This document shows, in pieces, positions 36,144 to 46,986 of a stretch of DNA of 52,096 nt. Made by a program: the position numbers and the translations under genes. Each line of letters opens with the position of its first letter. Position 1 is the first letter of the stretch. The stretch comes from a virus (lineage: Duplodnaviria; Caudoviricetes). The notes under the pieces are model-generated. The model did not search any database and had not been told where the DNA came from. It was given only the letters and a program-made list of their open reading frames with translations. Location: IMG/VR virus record IMGVR_UViG_3300025168_000009, positions 1 to 52,096 of that record, one strand, 5' to 3'.

Positions 36144-36779
36144 TTATGTCATTTCTTTAAAGCCTTGCATTATATAAGGCCCACGTTTTAGAGCAGATGC
36201 TCCCTTTTCCATTTGTCTTTTAAATTCTCTCATAAAGTATTGAGTCTTTTTAAAATCTCCCATATCTTCAGCTATTTTAGCTTTTAAATAATAAACTACA
36301 GCATTAGCTTGATACCTGCTAATATCTAACTCAAACGTTTCATCTTCTAATACATTTACATCTGTAAATACAGTAAACCCTTCTGTTAAAGTTCCACCAT
36401 TATATGGAATATCTAATACTATAGTAGTATTGCTAGTAAAAGTTTTGATTTTATGCAATCCATTAAATTTTTCAGAACCTTCTATAACAACATGGGTTAT
36501 TCCAGAAGTAGGTAACCCTGCATTGCTATCTATAATCCTTAAAAATCCATCAGTTGCTCCAAATGATTCGCATTCTACAAAAGTTCCTCTTTCTACTATA
36601 CTGTATCTAGGGCTATATGCATACTCTATTTCCAACCCTTCTGTAATACTTTCAGTAGGGCTTTTATACATTCCAAATTGATCGTTACTAGAACCAGCTA
36701 AAGTGTCTTCTTGTTGAATAATAGCTAGTCTATTTCCTTTTATATAATATCCATATTTTCTTTTAGTTGCCATCTTCAT
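36144..36779 (-). CDS. Head-tail adaptor-like protein, C-terminal-type half
   Basis: YYIKGNRLAI...LEIEY...AVVYYLKAK..ED motif. Confidence 0.55.
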   Translation of the reverse strand: MKMATKRKYGYYIKGNRLAIIQQEDTLAGSSNDQFGMYKSPTESITEGLEIEYAYSPRYSIVERGTFVECESFGATDGFLRIIDSNAGLPTSGITHVVIEGSEKFNGLHKIKTFTSNTTIVLDIPYNGGTLTEGFTVFTDVNVLEDETFELDISRYQANAVVYYLKAKIAEDMGDFKKTQYFMREFKRQMEKGASALKRGPYIMQGFKEMT

Positions 36780-37044
36780 CCACTATTGAAGGTTCATATA
36801 TAGACCTGGGAATAGATCTATACTTTTCATTGTCATTGTTGTGATGCTTACATCTAATATCAAGCACTTTTAAACAATCCTTAGGTAGATCATAAAATCT
36901 TTGATCTGCAGTTATATCAATTCTTTGTGTAGTTACGTGGGTCTCATGACTAATGTTAATTTCATCTAAAGCATCTTTTATATAAGCTACAGCACGACCT
37001 GTTTGATTTATACCTGCTCTTTCCATTATTTCTTTAACTTTCAT
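36763..37044 (-). CDS. Head-tail adaptor-like protein, N-terminal-type half; start revised
   Basis: AGGAGG RBS; YIKDALDEI...QRFYDLPKDCLKV. Confidence 0.6.
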   Translation of the reverse strand: MKVKEIMERAGINQTGRAVAYIKDALDEINISHETHVTTQRIDITADQRFYDLPKDCLKVLDIRCKHHNNDNEKYRSIPRSIYEPSIVDEDGN

Positions 37045-37228
37045 CTTCCTCCTTTGGATGCATTTGATCTCCAACCTCAATAGCACCTTCTGCTTTTAAT
37101 ATTTTTTTAGTTAAAGTTTCTACTTGAACTAACCATTCACTGCGTTGTGCTACTAAATTTTCTCTAACTTCTTTCCATACAAGCTTTTTAGGTTTTTCTA
37201 CTACTTTTGCGTCTTTTACTTTACTCAT
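37034..37228 (-). CDS. Small coiled-coil protein
   Basis: AAGGAG RBS, 64 aa. Confidence 0.7.
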   Translation of the reverse strand: MSKVKDAKVVEKPKKLVWKEVRENLVAQRSEWLVQVETLTKKILKAEGAIEVGDQMHPKEEDES

Positions 37229-37240
37229 TGTCTCTCCTTG

Positions 37241-38764
37241 TTATGCGCTTTCTAAGGCTGTTACTTTAGCTGATAATTCTTGGATTGCTTTTAACATAGG
37301 TGTTATTAAGCTTGACTCTGACACTGACATTGGAGCAGTTTTTTCATCTCCATGCTCATCGCCACTCACAGCTGGAGACCACACATCTTTTAATTCTTGA
37401 GCAATAAATCCAGCAATATTTTTAAGACCACCCTTTCTCTTCCAATTAAACTCACGAATCTTTACTGCATTTATTATACCAAGCCCATCTATTTTTGTAT
37501 CTTTAATATTGTCCTTTAAACGAGCATCAGAAGTGGCATTTATTACAAAATTTCCTGACGTATTATGTCCAAGACTTCCAATAGTACCACCATCTCCATC
37601 GGCTGCTAATAAATATGTAGTCTCAGAAGATGTGCTACCATCATCAGCACCTGCGAGTATAGCAATACCCCACCTGTTATCATCATTTCCATTATTATGA
37701 AATCTTGCCACATAGGAACTTGCTCTGTCCTCTTGAATATCTAATCTAAATGAAGGAGAACTCTCATTTATACCGATATAGCCATTTTGAAAAATACTAA
37801 GCCTTGAAGCATCTCCACCTAAAAAATTATAAGCTAAAGAACCTGAACCAGTGTCAGTTACATTCCATATAAAGCTTGGGTTATTTTGATCAGCTATTGT
37901 ATCTTCGTATCTAAAAGTTCCATCTGAACTAGATTGATTATTTGAAGTCATGCTAACAAATGCTCCTGCAGTATCAACTGACCCGCTTGCACTTTCTATT
38001 TTTAATGCTGTACCTCCAATAACATGAACTGCTTCTTGTACAGAGTCTTGTTGAACTCTAAGAGCAGTTGCATTTGCTGCACTAGCATGGTTTTGTATAA
38101 TATTTACTATCGATCTTGCTCCAGTATCAGCACAATTAGAGTCTATTTCTATAGCACTTCCTGTAGATAAAGCGTTAGCAGTTATTTCAAGTATATTTCC
38201 TGTTGTAGATGCAGAGTCTATTTTCATACCTACTGTGTCTACATCATTGTGATCAAGTAAAAAAGCAGTAACACCTGCACTTGAATTTTGAGCAACTTCA
38301 AAAACTGCACTAGGACTTGTTGATGTAATACCAACTCTCTTATTTGCTCCGTCCCATGTCATAATACCCTGACCCTCATCATTTTCAATTTGTATTTTTT
38401 CAGCACCATTTACTTTATAAACATCAATATGAGTACCATCTCCTTCTAATCTAAGTCTTGGCCCACCTTCATCTTTTAAGTGTAAAACAGTTCCAGGCGT
38501 GGCAGTCCCAATACCAGTTCTAGCATTTTCTGTATCTACACTAAGCACAGCGGTACCATCAGCTTGCGACACTTCAAATAAAGCAGTACTATTACTTGCT
38601 GGTATTACTTCACACTTACTTGTAGATATTTTTAATGAAGATGCGCTACCACCAGTGTCACCAGCTTCTATTGCTTGTAAACTTGCACTAATTCCATTTG
38701 CATCATCTACGATTAATAGCTGATCATAACTACTTGCTACTGTTTGTCCTGTTAATTTTGCCAT
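37241..38764 (-). CDS. Tail fibre with C-terminal intramolecular chaperone (peptidase S74)
   Basis: TSDARLKDNI...GFIAQE...KAIQELSAKV; GIGT.TP fibre repeats. Confidence 0.9.
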   Translation of the reverse strand: MAKLTGQTVASSYDQLLIVDDANGISASLQAIEAGDTGGSASSLKISTSKCEVIPASNSTALFEVSQADGTAVLSVDTENARTGIGTATPGTVLHLKDEGGPRLRLEGDGTHIDVYKVNGAEKIQIENDEGQGIMTWDGANKRVGITSTSPSAVFEVAQNSSAGVTAFLLDHNDVDTVGMKIDSASTTGNILEITANALSTGSAIEIDSNCADTGARSIVNIIQNHASAANATALRVQQDSVQEAVHVIGGTALKIESASGSVDTAGAFVSMTSNNQSSSDGTFRYEDTIADQNNPSFIWNVTDTGSGSLAYNFLGGDASRLSIFQNGYIGINESSPSFRLDIQEDRASSYVARFHNNGNDDNRWGIAILAGADDGSTSSETTYLLAADGDGGTIGSLGHNTSGNFVINATSDARLKDNIKDTKIDGLGIINAVKIREFNWKRKGGLKNIAGFIAQELKDVWSPAVSGDEHGDEKTAPMSVSESSLITPMLKAIQELSAKVTALESA

Positions 38765-38786
38765 TTCAGTATCTCCTATTAAGGCA

Positions 38787-39308
38787 TTATTTTGCTATTA
38801 TAAATTCTATTGTTGTTTCAACGGGGTTATTTCCTTTAACTCTAACTTCATTGCATAATAATTGAGTTCCATCTCCTCTTAAGTTAACACTACCTCCTGG
38901 TGGTATCATTATATAATAATTAGTTCCACCATCTAAAGCTACTAATGCATTAGTATTACTCCCAGTATTCTTAATATACATAAATGTTAAAGCATTACTA
39001 TCACTTGAAAGTGTTGCTATATTTGAATCAGATATAGTGACCTCACCTCTACCAACAGTTTTCCAATTACTTGTAAGATCTTCCCAATTTACTGTTGTAA
39101 AATTTTCCCATTGTCTGAGACTTGCATGCTCCATTGATGTCCACTTATCACTCCATTGAGTAGCAGTGATCGTGGCAATTCCCGAACCTCCAAGGGTTCC
39201 ATTTGGGCTTGCTTGAAATTCGGTATGTCTTATAGCTGTTTCTTCTCCTTCAACCGACTGGGTTGGAGTTACATATGTACTAAATATTATTCTTCTAGCG
39301 TTAGGCAT
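38787..39308 (-). CDS. Virion protein, paralogue of 39308-39769
   Basis: FMYIKNTGS; WE-x5/6-WE repeats. Confidence 0.7.
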   Translation of the reverse strand: MPNARRIIFSTYVTPTQSVEGEETAIRHTEFQASPNGTLGGSGIATITATQWSDKWTSMEHASLRQWENFTTVNWEDLTSNWKTVGRGEVTISDSNIATLSSDSNALTFMYIKNTGSNTNALVALDGGTNYYIMIPPGGSVNLRGDGTQLLCNEVRVKGNNPVETTIEFIIAK

Positions 39309-39769
39309 TATGTTATTGAAAAATGCTCTATTGTTGAAGTTCCACTCAATGTTTTTACTCTTACATTGGCTGATGTGCTAATTGCGGATGCAAATGCTTC
39401 TCCTTCTGCTAATGCTATTACATATTTAGCCGTAGCATCTGTAGTTAAAGATATTACCACCTCTATAGAGCCAGTATTCTTAATATATACAAAATCTTTG
39501 TTTGATGCTATAGATGTAGTTGATTCTGATATAACAACTTCAGTTGCAAGTATTCCAGTAGAACCCAAAGTAACTTTAGCTTTTTCCCATACTTGATTTT
39601 CTACCTCCCAAGCATCCATTGATACTTCCCAATACCTCTTGTCAACTGTATTAGAATCACCAGTAAGCTTTCTGCCGCAATCACTATCTAAATAATACCT
39701 ACCACCAGAAACTATCTGCTCCTGTGGTGTGCACTGATTTCTGTATCTTACTTTATAGGTAGTTGCCAT
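39308..39769 (-). CDS. Virion protein, paralogue of 38787-39308
   Basis: FVYIKNTGS; WE-x5-WE-x5-WE. Confidence 0.7.
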   Translation of the reverse strand: MATTYKVRYRNQCTPQEQIVSGGRYYLDSDCGRKLTGDSNTVDKRYWEVSMDAWEVENQVWEKAKVTLGSTGILATEVVISESTTSIASNKDFVYIKNTGSIEVVISLTTDATAKYVIALAEGEAFASAISTSANVRVKTLSGTSTIEHFSIT

Positions 39770-41031
39770 TATCTACCTTGTGGAGCTTGTTGTTTTGGAG
39801 CCATAATTGCAAATGCTGCGTCATAGTCTCCTTTAATCTTTATATATTGAGATTCAAGCCATTTATAGCTCATTGCAGAAGCCTGTATAGATGCAGAATA
39901 TTTTTGTATACTTGCTGTAGCATCTGCAGTGTAAGTAGCTACTTCAGCTTGATATTTCTGTAAAGCTAATCCATAATCAGTAACTAATACTTCCATTTCT
40001 TTAGAAGCATTTTGTAAAGCTGTTTGTGTAGCTCTATCAGCATCTTTTACTTTTAATTGTATATCTGCTTGGTATTCAGCCATTTGCATTTGAATATTAG
40101 CTTGATACTCTACATTAGCATCATTAAATATAGCTTGTTGATTGTTAAGTGCTGCTTGATAAGCACCTATATAACTATTAATTTTTTGTAATTGTACAGC
40201 TGCTAATTCTGTATCTTCTTCTGTCTCTATTAAATCTGCAAGAACATCATACCAATGATTAAAGCTAATTTGATCTCCAGCATTGCCAGCAGCACCTGCT
40301 ACAATTGTCCCAGTAATTTCTTGAATATCTCCTGTAACTACAGGAGGAGTATAAGCTGGAATAGTTCCAAAAGAATCTACATCAAAGGTTGCTACAGTAC
40401 TAGCTGTAACTTCTGCAAAAGCTATTGATGCATCTACTAAAGAGGCAGGCATATCTAATAATACAGGCTCTATAGGATCTTGTCTAGAAGCCATAGTAGC
40501 TTGTAATAATTTCATACTTGCATAATGAACTACTAAATAAGTTTTATCTACTGGAAAATACAATATGTCATCATGACTATGTATTAAAGAAGCTCCTGAC
40601 CCATTTACAATATCTTTATTTACATAATAAACTTTAAATGCATTTGGATTAGATCCAGGTTCAGGAAAAACACTAACTTTATTAGAATCTCCTATCATGT
40701 ATGCAGGATTAACTTTAGAAGCATAATTTAAACTTTCTACATCAGTAACAGAATATTGAAAAGAAGGTGATATTTTTCTACATTTTCTCCATTGATTGTC
40801 AGTGCCATCTTCTCTAACAACTGAAAGTATTCTTGCTCCACCTAAATTAATTCCTGCCTGAGAAGTTATTTCAGCACTTTCTCTTTGAAAGTTTTCTGCT
40901 TCTTGAGGCTTTAAAGCTATACATCTATTAGTAACGTCTATTACACCATCTTTTAAAAATTGAGAAAGCTCAGCAGTATCTGATACTGAGAGCGAAGTTA
41001 AATCTTGAACTTGTTCTTGAAAAGTTGCCAT
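39769..41031 (-). CDS. Head-tail adaptor/connector with long coiled-coil extension
   Basis: ATFQEQV...SQFLKDG..DV, VFPEP...KVYY, Gln/Ala heptads; follows the capsid genes. Confidence 0.55.
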   Translation of the reverse strand: MATFQEQVQDLTSLSVSDTAELSQFLKDGVIDVTNRCIALKPQEAENFQRESAEITSQAGINLGGARILSVVREDGTDNQWRKCRKISPSFQYSVTDVESLNYASKVNPAYMIGDSNKVSVFPEPGSNPNAFKVYYVNKDIVNGSGASLIHSHDDILYFPVDKTYLVVHYASMKLLQATMASRQDPIEPVLLDMPASLVDASIAFAEVTASTVATFDVDSFGTIPAYTPPVVTGDIQEITGTIVAGAAGNAGDQISFNHWYDVLADLIETEEDTELAAVQLQKINSYIGAYQAALNNQQAIFNDANVEYQANIQMQMAEYQADIQLKVKDADRATQTALQNASKEMEVLVTDYGLALQKYQAEVATYTADATASIQKYSASIQASAMSYKWLESQYIKIKGDYDAAFAIMAPKQQAPQGR

Positions 41032-41046
41032 TTATTATTCCTAAGG

Positions 41047-41093
41047 TGCCCACCCCCCTAGAAGAGACCCCACATCTCTATAGGGGGGTGAAC
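41047..41093 (-). terminator. Strong hairpin after the capsid genes (attenuator or processing site)
   Basis: CACCCCCCTA...TAGGGGGGTG with inner AGAGA/TCTCT; no U-tract. Confidence 0.6.
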
Positions 41094-41116
41094 GATTTTA
41101 GTTAGTTAACTATTTA

Positions 41117-41902
41117 CTATGCTTCCATTGAACCGTTATCAGATTCAATAATGAACTTCCTAAGAACAAGGGCTCCTGTTTGAGCACCACTTGCTTGTAA
41201 GAAAGAAAGGAAAGGTGTTACTACCTCTCCTGCATCAAAGCTAAAAGCAGCAGTTGTACTAGGAGCTGCACCATCTATTTGATAGGTAACAGCACCAGCC
41301 TTACTAACTAACACTTTAAGCCTATGAGTTTCACCATCAGCCCAATTAGCAGTAGTATCTGTAGTAACAGTAGCAGCGTTATTAATAATAGTCTGTATTT
41401 TAATATCACCACTAATAGGAAATAGCCCAGCCATTTCATCATAGGCGTGAAGATCAGCAGCCAATGCTTCTACTTTTCTAAAACCAAAGTTACCAACATC
41501 AGTTCCAGCTACAGTAGCAATGCTAAACTCCATTTCAGCACTAAATGCTTGATTTCCAACTGTGAATCTATCTACGCCTTCTCTACCCTTAGTTGTTACA
41601 CAGCTATAAACTAACTCAATACCATCATTGTTAGTTTGGTCGTAACCATAGTCCATACCACTAGTTGAAGCAGCAGGCCTATCAATATCTTGTGCAACAA
41701 GTGCACTAAATGTCATTGATAAACCATCGGCATATGAATGAATTACAGTATCTAACGCTGAACCATCTACAAGTTGTTGTACTGGATGTTCGTAATCAAC
41801 TACTACTGGGGGAGTTCCAAAACGATAAACCTGTTTTAGATCCTTTGCAGCTTCATCAATTAAGTTATCAGCTTTATTTTGTCCATATAATGGATTTGCC
41901 AT
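41117..41902 (-). CDS. Capsid decoration / auxiliary capsid protein
   Basis: Immediately after MCP and before the strong hairpin; jelly-roll-like beta pattern. Confidence 0.55.
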   Translation of the reverse strand: MANPLYGQNKADNLIDEAAKDLKQVYRFGTPPVVVDYEHPVQQLVDGSALDTVIHSYADGLSMTFSALVAQDIDRPAASTSGMDYGYDQTNNDGIELVYSCVTTKGREGVDRFTVGNQAFSAEMEFSIATVAGTDVGNFGFRKVEALAADLHAYDEMAGLFPISGDIKIQTIINNAATVTTDTTANWADGETHRLKVLVSKAGAVTYQIDGAAPSTTAAFSFDAGEVVTPFLSFLQASGAQTGALVLRKFIIESDNGSMEA

Positions 41903-41918
41903 TTTTATTCTCCTTTAA

Positions 41919-43520
41919 TTATGACCAAATAGCGTGAGTTTCTGGACAACACCATTCCATTCCCGCTTCTGTCAATATTTGATCTACTCTACGATCGACA
42001 CCAGAGTTCTCTAAAGTTTGAACTCCTACGTAGATTCCAGTATCTCTATTAATACCATTACCAACTAGTGGACGATAAGCACAATATTTCATATTGATAC
42101 CTAACATTTTTACATTAGTTCCATCCAAATGTATATTACGTGCAATATTCATATCACCATATACAGTTGAAATAGTTGTAATGTCTATACCAAACACTTT
42201 TTTCCTTCCTGCTAAAGCCATATCGGCTCTACCAGAAGAATGTGAATCTGCTTGCCCTGCTGTAGTACTAGGTGCACCGCCTGCAAAAGGCTGTACTGAC
42301 CCAATATTGTTAGCAAAGTATCCAGACAATTTATGCATCCAATTGTAAACTGCTGTAGAACAGAAGAATACAGTTGAAGAAGCATTGTTATATCTTGGAT
42401 CTAGCATTGCTGACATGTCATCAAGAAATGAATCTTGAGTCTTAGTAGCTACATCTAAAGCAAAAGTGTTACCATAAGTTGAAATATAATCTACAGCTCC
42501 TTGTGTAGTATTATATGTAGCACTTTGGTTACCAAATAAAAGAGCATTTTCAATATCAAACTTATGCTCAATTAACTTTTCTTTCCAGATACGAGCCCAC
42601 TCATTGCCTTCATACTTTAATACAGTAGCACGATCAGTATTATTCATAACACAAGATGTTTTGAATATTTGAGTTTGACCATGTGCTGTACTATATGGCT
42701 GATCATTCCATGTTTCAGGATAACCAGAACCAGAAGCAAAAGCAGTACCAACTACATAACATCTAAAAGCTTCTAAATCTTCTTGATTTTTAGACTTTGA
42801 TGTAGCAGTTTCATCAAAACCTAAACCAGCAGAATCAGTTCCAATGGCTTGGTCTATAGTAGTTGCTTGCATAAAGTTACTAGCAGCAGGAGCTTTTACA
42901 CATGTAGCATTAACAATAGCTTTATTTGTTGTTGCTGACACTGTATCGCTTTCACCTTGACTGTCAAGATCTACAGAATTAACTTTCCATAAAGTATAAT
43001 CTGTAAGTTCGCTTCCAAGGTTATTTATAGTTGCCGCAGCACCTACTGGAACTTTTATTATTTGACCTGGCAAAAAGAATTGAGGCTGTGTGCCTTTAAC
43101 ACCTTCGCTATAAGTCACTGTTTGACCGTAAATATTGGCGTTATTACCATTATTATTATAGTCTGTAAAGAATCCAAAAGAATATGTTTGGCCTACTTGA
43201 GGACTTGGTGAGGCTGACACTCCTGCTTCAGTAGCAGGTATTGCAGCAGCACCTGAGTCATAATCAGCTAAATATGCATATCTTTTAGTGTATGATGAAC
43301 GCTTCTCTGCAAATTTAAAAGAAGGATCATCCGTTGGTTTTTTTGAAACCATGCTTACGAATCGAAAGAAAGGATCTTGCGCCAAGCTTAATTCAGATAC
43401 TTTATCGCCAAAGTTATACTTTCTACGTAAAGCACCAGTATTTAACTGGGTTGAAGATTCGCCTCTTTCTATAGAACTAGAAGTATAATTACTTCCAGTT
43501 ACGTTAAGAATATCAGACAT
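41919..43520 (-). CDS. Major capsid protein (HK97 fold, DUF5309/SU10-like)
   Basis: TQIFKTS...IEHKFDIENALLFG, ISTVYGDMNI..NIHL, ILTEAGME...PETHA; follows the scaffold. Confidence 0.88.
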   Translation of the reverse strand: MSDILNVTGSNYTSSSIERGESSTQLNTGALRRKYNFGDKVSELSLAQDPFFRFVSMVSKKPTDDPSFKFAEKRSSYTKRYAYLADYDSGAAAIPATEAGVSASPSPQVGQTYSFGFFTDYNNNGNNANIYGQTVTYSEGVKGTQPQFFLPGQIIKVPVGAAATINNLGSELTDYTLWKVNSVDLDSQGESDTVSATTNKAIVNATCVKAPAASNFMQATTIDQAIGTDSAGLGFDETATSKSKNQEDLEAFRCYVVGTAFASGSGYPETWNDQPYSTAHGQTQIFKTSCVMNNTDRATVLKYEGNEWARIWKEKLIEHKFDIENALLFGNQSATYNTTQGAVDYISTYGNTFALDVATKTQDSFLDDMSAMLDPRYNNASSTVFFCSTAVYNWMHKLSGYFANNIGSVQPFAGGAPSTTAGQADSHSSGRADMALAGRKKVFGIDITTISTVYGDMNIARNIHLDGTNVKMLGINMKYCAYRPLVGNGINRDTGIYVGVQTLENSGVDRRVDQILTEAGMEWCCPETHAIWS

Positions 43521-43576
43521 TTGTCTATCTCCTATTTATTAATTAAATCGGATAGACTATATAAAAATTTATAAGC

Positions 43577-44488
43577 CTAACCGAACAAGTTATCTACATC
43601 ACTATCAAAGCCATTTATCATATCAAACACTTCGTCTGATTGTGATCTCTCTTGACCTTGACTGTTCGCTCCTGATGCGGAAGTAGGCATATTACGGACA
43701 TTTTTCATTTGATTTAACATATCTGTTTTTGTAGAATTAGCTACATTAGTATTGTTTTGATTACGATTCAGTAAATAATTTACATCATCTAAAGTCATAA
43801 CATGCTTTTGAGCTTGTTCTTTAAAACCATTGAACTGATCTTCTGTCATATTGTTCTTTTGCATAAATGCTGTTTCTTCAGCAGCCCTAGCTTGAGTTTG
43901 GTGTACTTGTTGCGCTCTTTGTTTTTCAACATTAAGCATTTGACCAACTCTTTGCTGAACCATTGAATCTACATGTGCATTCATTACTTTAGCACTGTCA
44001 GAATCAGGATCTGTTATATCATTAGCGTCAAACACAAAATCTTCATCAAGCCCTAATTGCTCTTGAACAGACTGTGCAGGTTTTCCGCCACTTTTTAAAT
44101 AGTCACGTACATGATCTACTAATCCACTATCATTTTTCATTGCCTGTAGAACAGGTACAAAAGGTTCAACGCTTTTGTATTGTTCAGACAACTTAATGGC
44201 CTCTCTACTAGAGTCTTCGTATCTTTTCTTCCAATCAGTGCCATTATCTGCTGAAAGTCCCACGTTTTCGGAGCCAACATTTTCTGTATTGTGGGTTACC
44301 TGGTCGGAGCCACTTATTTCTTGTTGGGTTACCTCAGCGGTTTCATCTATGATACCACCATTGACTTGTTGTTCTAGATCGTTAAAAAAAGTCTCAGAGC
44401 CTTCATTAGATTGTGCTTCAACTTGATCAAAAGTATCTGCTTCCATTCCAATTTCAGGGTTACCTTGACTTCCTATTGTATCTGTCAT
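43577..44488 (-). CDS. Capsid scaffolding protein
   Basis: Acidic N-terminus, DWKKRYEDSSREA motif, between portal and MCP. Confidence 0.8.
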   Translation of the reverse strand: MTDTIGSQGNPEIGMEADTFDQVEAQSNEGSETFFNDLEQQVNGGIIDETAEVTQQEISGSDQVTHNTENVGSENVGLSADNGTDWKKRYEDSSREAIKLSEQYKSVEPFVPVLQAMKNDSGLVDHVRDYLKSGGKPAQSVQEQLGLDEDFVFDANDITDPDSDSAKVMNAHVDSMVQQRVGQMLNVEKQRAQQVHQTQARAAEETAFMQKNNMTEDQFNGFKEQAQKHVMTLDDVNYLLNRNQNNTNVANSTKTDMLNQMKNVRNMPTSASGANSQGQERSQSDEVFDMINGFDSDVDNLFG

Positions 44489-44526
44489 CTTTTCTCCTTT
44501 TTTAGCTTTTTGTCAATGTGGATAGC

Positions 44527-46830
44527 TTAGTCATTACCATTATTGCTATCCAAACTATTTTTTGCAGATTGTAACATATTAGCCGCTTCTTGTCTTTGAG
44601 AATTAGCATTGTTAACCATCTCGCTTCTTACTAACTTTTGTTTTCCTGCTGTTTCAATAAACTCTTTACCCATTTGAGATTTAACTTCTTCTTTCTTTTT
44701 ATTAATCTCAACATCAGCTTGCATTACTTTTTGTTTGATGCCAGCTTGTACCAACTGTCTTTCAAGTGTTTCAATAGCACCTTCCTTATCCTTAACAGCT
44801 TCGGATAATTGTTGTACTTGTCCTTGTAATTGTGAGTATAACGATTTTCTTTTGACAATGTTTTCCTTATTTTTAATATCTGTTTCAGCTAATACAGCTA
44901 TATCATCTACTACACCAAGTTGCATTAATTGTTTTAATTCTTCTAAATAAGCCCATCTATTAACAGGAAGAGTAGAGCCTTGCACAACTCTTACATCATA
45001 TTTAAGAGCTTCAATGTCCATTGATTTGCCAATCGCTTCGCCCATATCATTGTATACAGGAACATTGATTTCTTGTTCTTTTTGCTCTTGAATAGCAGAA
45101 GGTTGAATTAGTCTAAACCTTTTATAAGCTGTATAAGTAGTTTGTGCAAACTGTAATACAACCTTACCTAATTGTACCAATCCTGGTTCTATAGATGTAT
45201 TCATCCATTGTTTAATTCTTCTAGTTCCATACTCATCTAATGCTAACATACCTCTATATGTTTCTCCTGCTTGAGAACTGTCACCCATCATAGAGCTGTA
45301 AACACCAGCAAGATATTCCATGTCATTTTTACCTTGTTGTACTATTTGGAAAAAAGCACTAGATAATGGAGCAGGCATAACAGGAGTAGGTCTTTCAACT
45401 CCAGGCCTAATAGGTAACAATGCTCCAGGACTTGAAGAATATTTTTCCCAAGTTTCTGCATCAATAGATCCTTCTTCATACATCCATCTTAAAGATGATC
45501 CTAGTGAGGCATTATGCACCATTATTTGATGAGCTTTATTAATTTCTTGCTGTTTACCAATTAAAGGCGATACAGCTGATATAGGATAAGGAGTACCTGT
45601 CCACTTAAAATGAAATGGTATAATTGGATACTCTTTAATTGTATCTGGTAAAATAGTTTCATATAACAGCTTATCGCCTGCAACGCATGATTGTTTTATA
45701 CGTGAAGAATAAAATTGAACCTTATCTACAATGTGTTTAACAACTTGTGGATCTTTTATTAATACGTTAAATTCTTTTTCAGTAACTATTTTATTTTCAA
45801 TCTTAGAAGCTTCTGCTTGCAACTTGCTCATACATTCTTGTTGAAAAGCTTGAAGTTGTTGTTGCATCATTTGTTGAGCTTTTTGCATTTCAAGTTGAAA
45901 ACGCTCAGGAAGCATTTCACCAGCTTCTACAGCCTCTTGCATTTGCTTTTGTTGTTCCATCATTTCTACTTGAGCTTCAGCTTGCATCTCTTGAACCTGA
46001 ACATCACATTGTTGTTTTATTTGAGCTAATTGCTCTTCATTAGGAGGTATACGATAAAACAAACTAATATAAGACATTTTAATTTTTTCATATACTTCAA
46101 AAAACTCTACTAACTGATCTAGTTCGCCATCTGCTTTTATTGCATAATCTTCACCTTGTTGATCGTTATGTGCAAATAGCTTTTGATCTTCATCACCCAT
46201 AGCTCTATTAGAATAACTATTGTAACCATTTTCATCACTATTAGATTTTGATATCTTAGCTTTATGATCAGGAAATATTTTCATTAAATGATTCTTAGGC
46301 AATACCTTTCTAACCATTATGTAAGCTGCATCACTAAATAACATGTCTCTTGATTTAGGATCAATAAAGACATCAAAAGGTTCAGGTTGCTGTATAACAA
46401 CTTCGCCTAATCCGTTATCAGCATCTTTATCAACAGTAACTAATAAGTAACCTACGCCTTTAGTTATACAATCATTAATAGCGTTAGTATACAAAGTAGA
46501 GCCATTAGAATTGTACCATACATAATCAGTAAGATCAGAAAATACAGAAGCTACATCAGTATCGCTACCTTCTACTCCAATAGCTTGCCATCTAGGCGAT
46601 TTAGCAGTAGCGTAAAAATTAAGCATCTCTACTACTGGTAAAATTCTGTTAATTGTAAAAGTAGGCATACCTTGCTCTTGTAAAGCCAATTTATCATTAG
46701 CAGCTAATTGTTCATCATGTGCAAACTCATAACCTTTTTGATTTATTTTTTGCCATTGTCTTCTAGTAGTGTTATCTGCTAGATTGTAAAGCTGCCTTAT
46801 TTGATCTACCCTTTTATTTGCTTTTGCCAT
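44527..46830 (-). CDS. Portal protein (P22-like)
   Basis: PTFTINRILP, PFDVFIDP.SRD..FSDA, YPIIPF, Q..INK; C-terminal helical barrel. Confidence 0.92.
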   Translation of the reverse strand: MAKANKRVDQIRQLYNLADNTTRRQWQKINQKGYEFAHDEQLAANDKLALQEQGMPTFTINRILPVVEMLNFYATAKSPRWQAIGVEGSDTDVASVFSDLTDYVWYNSNGSTLYTNAINDCITKGVGYLLVTVDKDADNGLGEVVIQQPEPFDVFIDPKSRDMLFSDAAYIMVRKVLPKNHLMKIFPDHKAKISKSNSDENGYNSYSNRAMGDEDQKLFAHNDQQGEDYAIKADGELDQLVEFFEVYEKIKMSYISLFYRIPPNEEQLAQIKQQCDVQVQEMQAEAQVEMMEQQKQMQEAVEAGEMLPERFQLEMQKAQQMMQQQLQAFQQECMSKLQAEASKIENKIVTEKEFNVLIKDPQVVKHIVDKVQFYSSRIKQSCVAGDKLLYETILPDTIKEYPIIPFHFKWTGTPYPISAVSPLIGKQQEINKAHQIMVHNASLGSSLRWMYEEGSIDAETWEKYSSSPGALLPIRPGVERPTPVMPAPLSSAFFQIVQQGKNDMEYLAGVYSSMMGDSSQAGETYRGMLALDEYGTRRIKQWMNTSIEPGLVQLGKVVLQFAQTTYTAYKRFRLIQPSAIQEQKEQEINVPVYNDMGEAIGKSMDIEALKYDVRVVQGSTLPVNRWAYLEELKQLMQLGVVDDIAVLAETDIKNKENIVKRKSLYSQLQGQVQQLSEAVKDKEGAIETLERQLVQAGIKQKVMQADVEINKKKEEVKSQMGKEFIETAGKQKLVRSEMVNNANSQRQEAANMLQSAKNSLDSNNGND

Positions 46831-46848
46831 TATATATCCTTTTTTAAT

Positions 46849-46986
46849 TTATTGTGCGGGTTCTTCTTTGTTCTTTTCTAATTTTTCTTTAATTTCATCT
46901 ACAGTTGGCTCATCTATTAATAAACCAAAATCTTTAAATAACCATTCAGTTAGCATTTCAGCTACTATGTCTTTAACTTTTTTCAC
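46849..46986 (-). CDS. Small hypothetical protein (45 aa, GTG start)
   Basis: TAGTG coupling; MKKVKDIVAEMLTEWLFKDFG... Confidence 0.55.
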   Translation of the reverse strand: MKKVKDIVAEMLTEWLFKDFGLLIDEPTVDEIKEKLEKNKEEPAQ

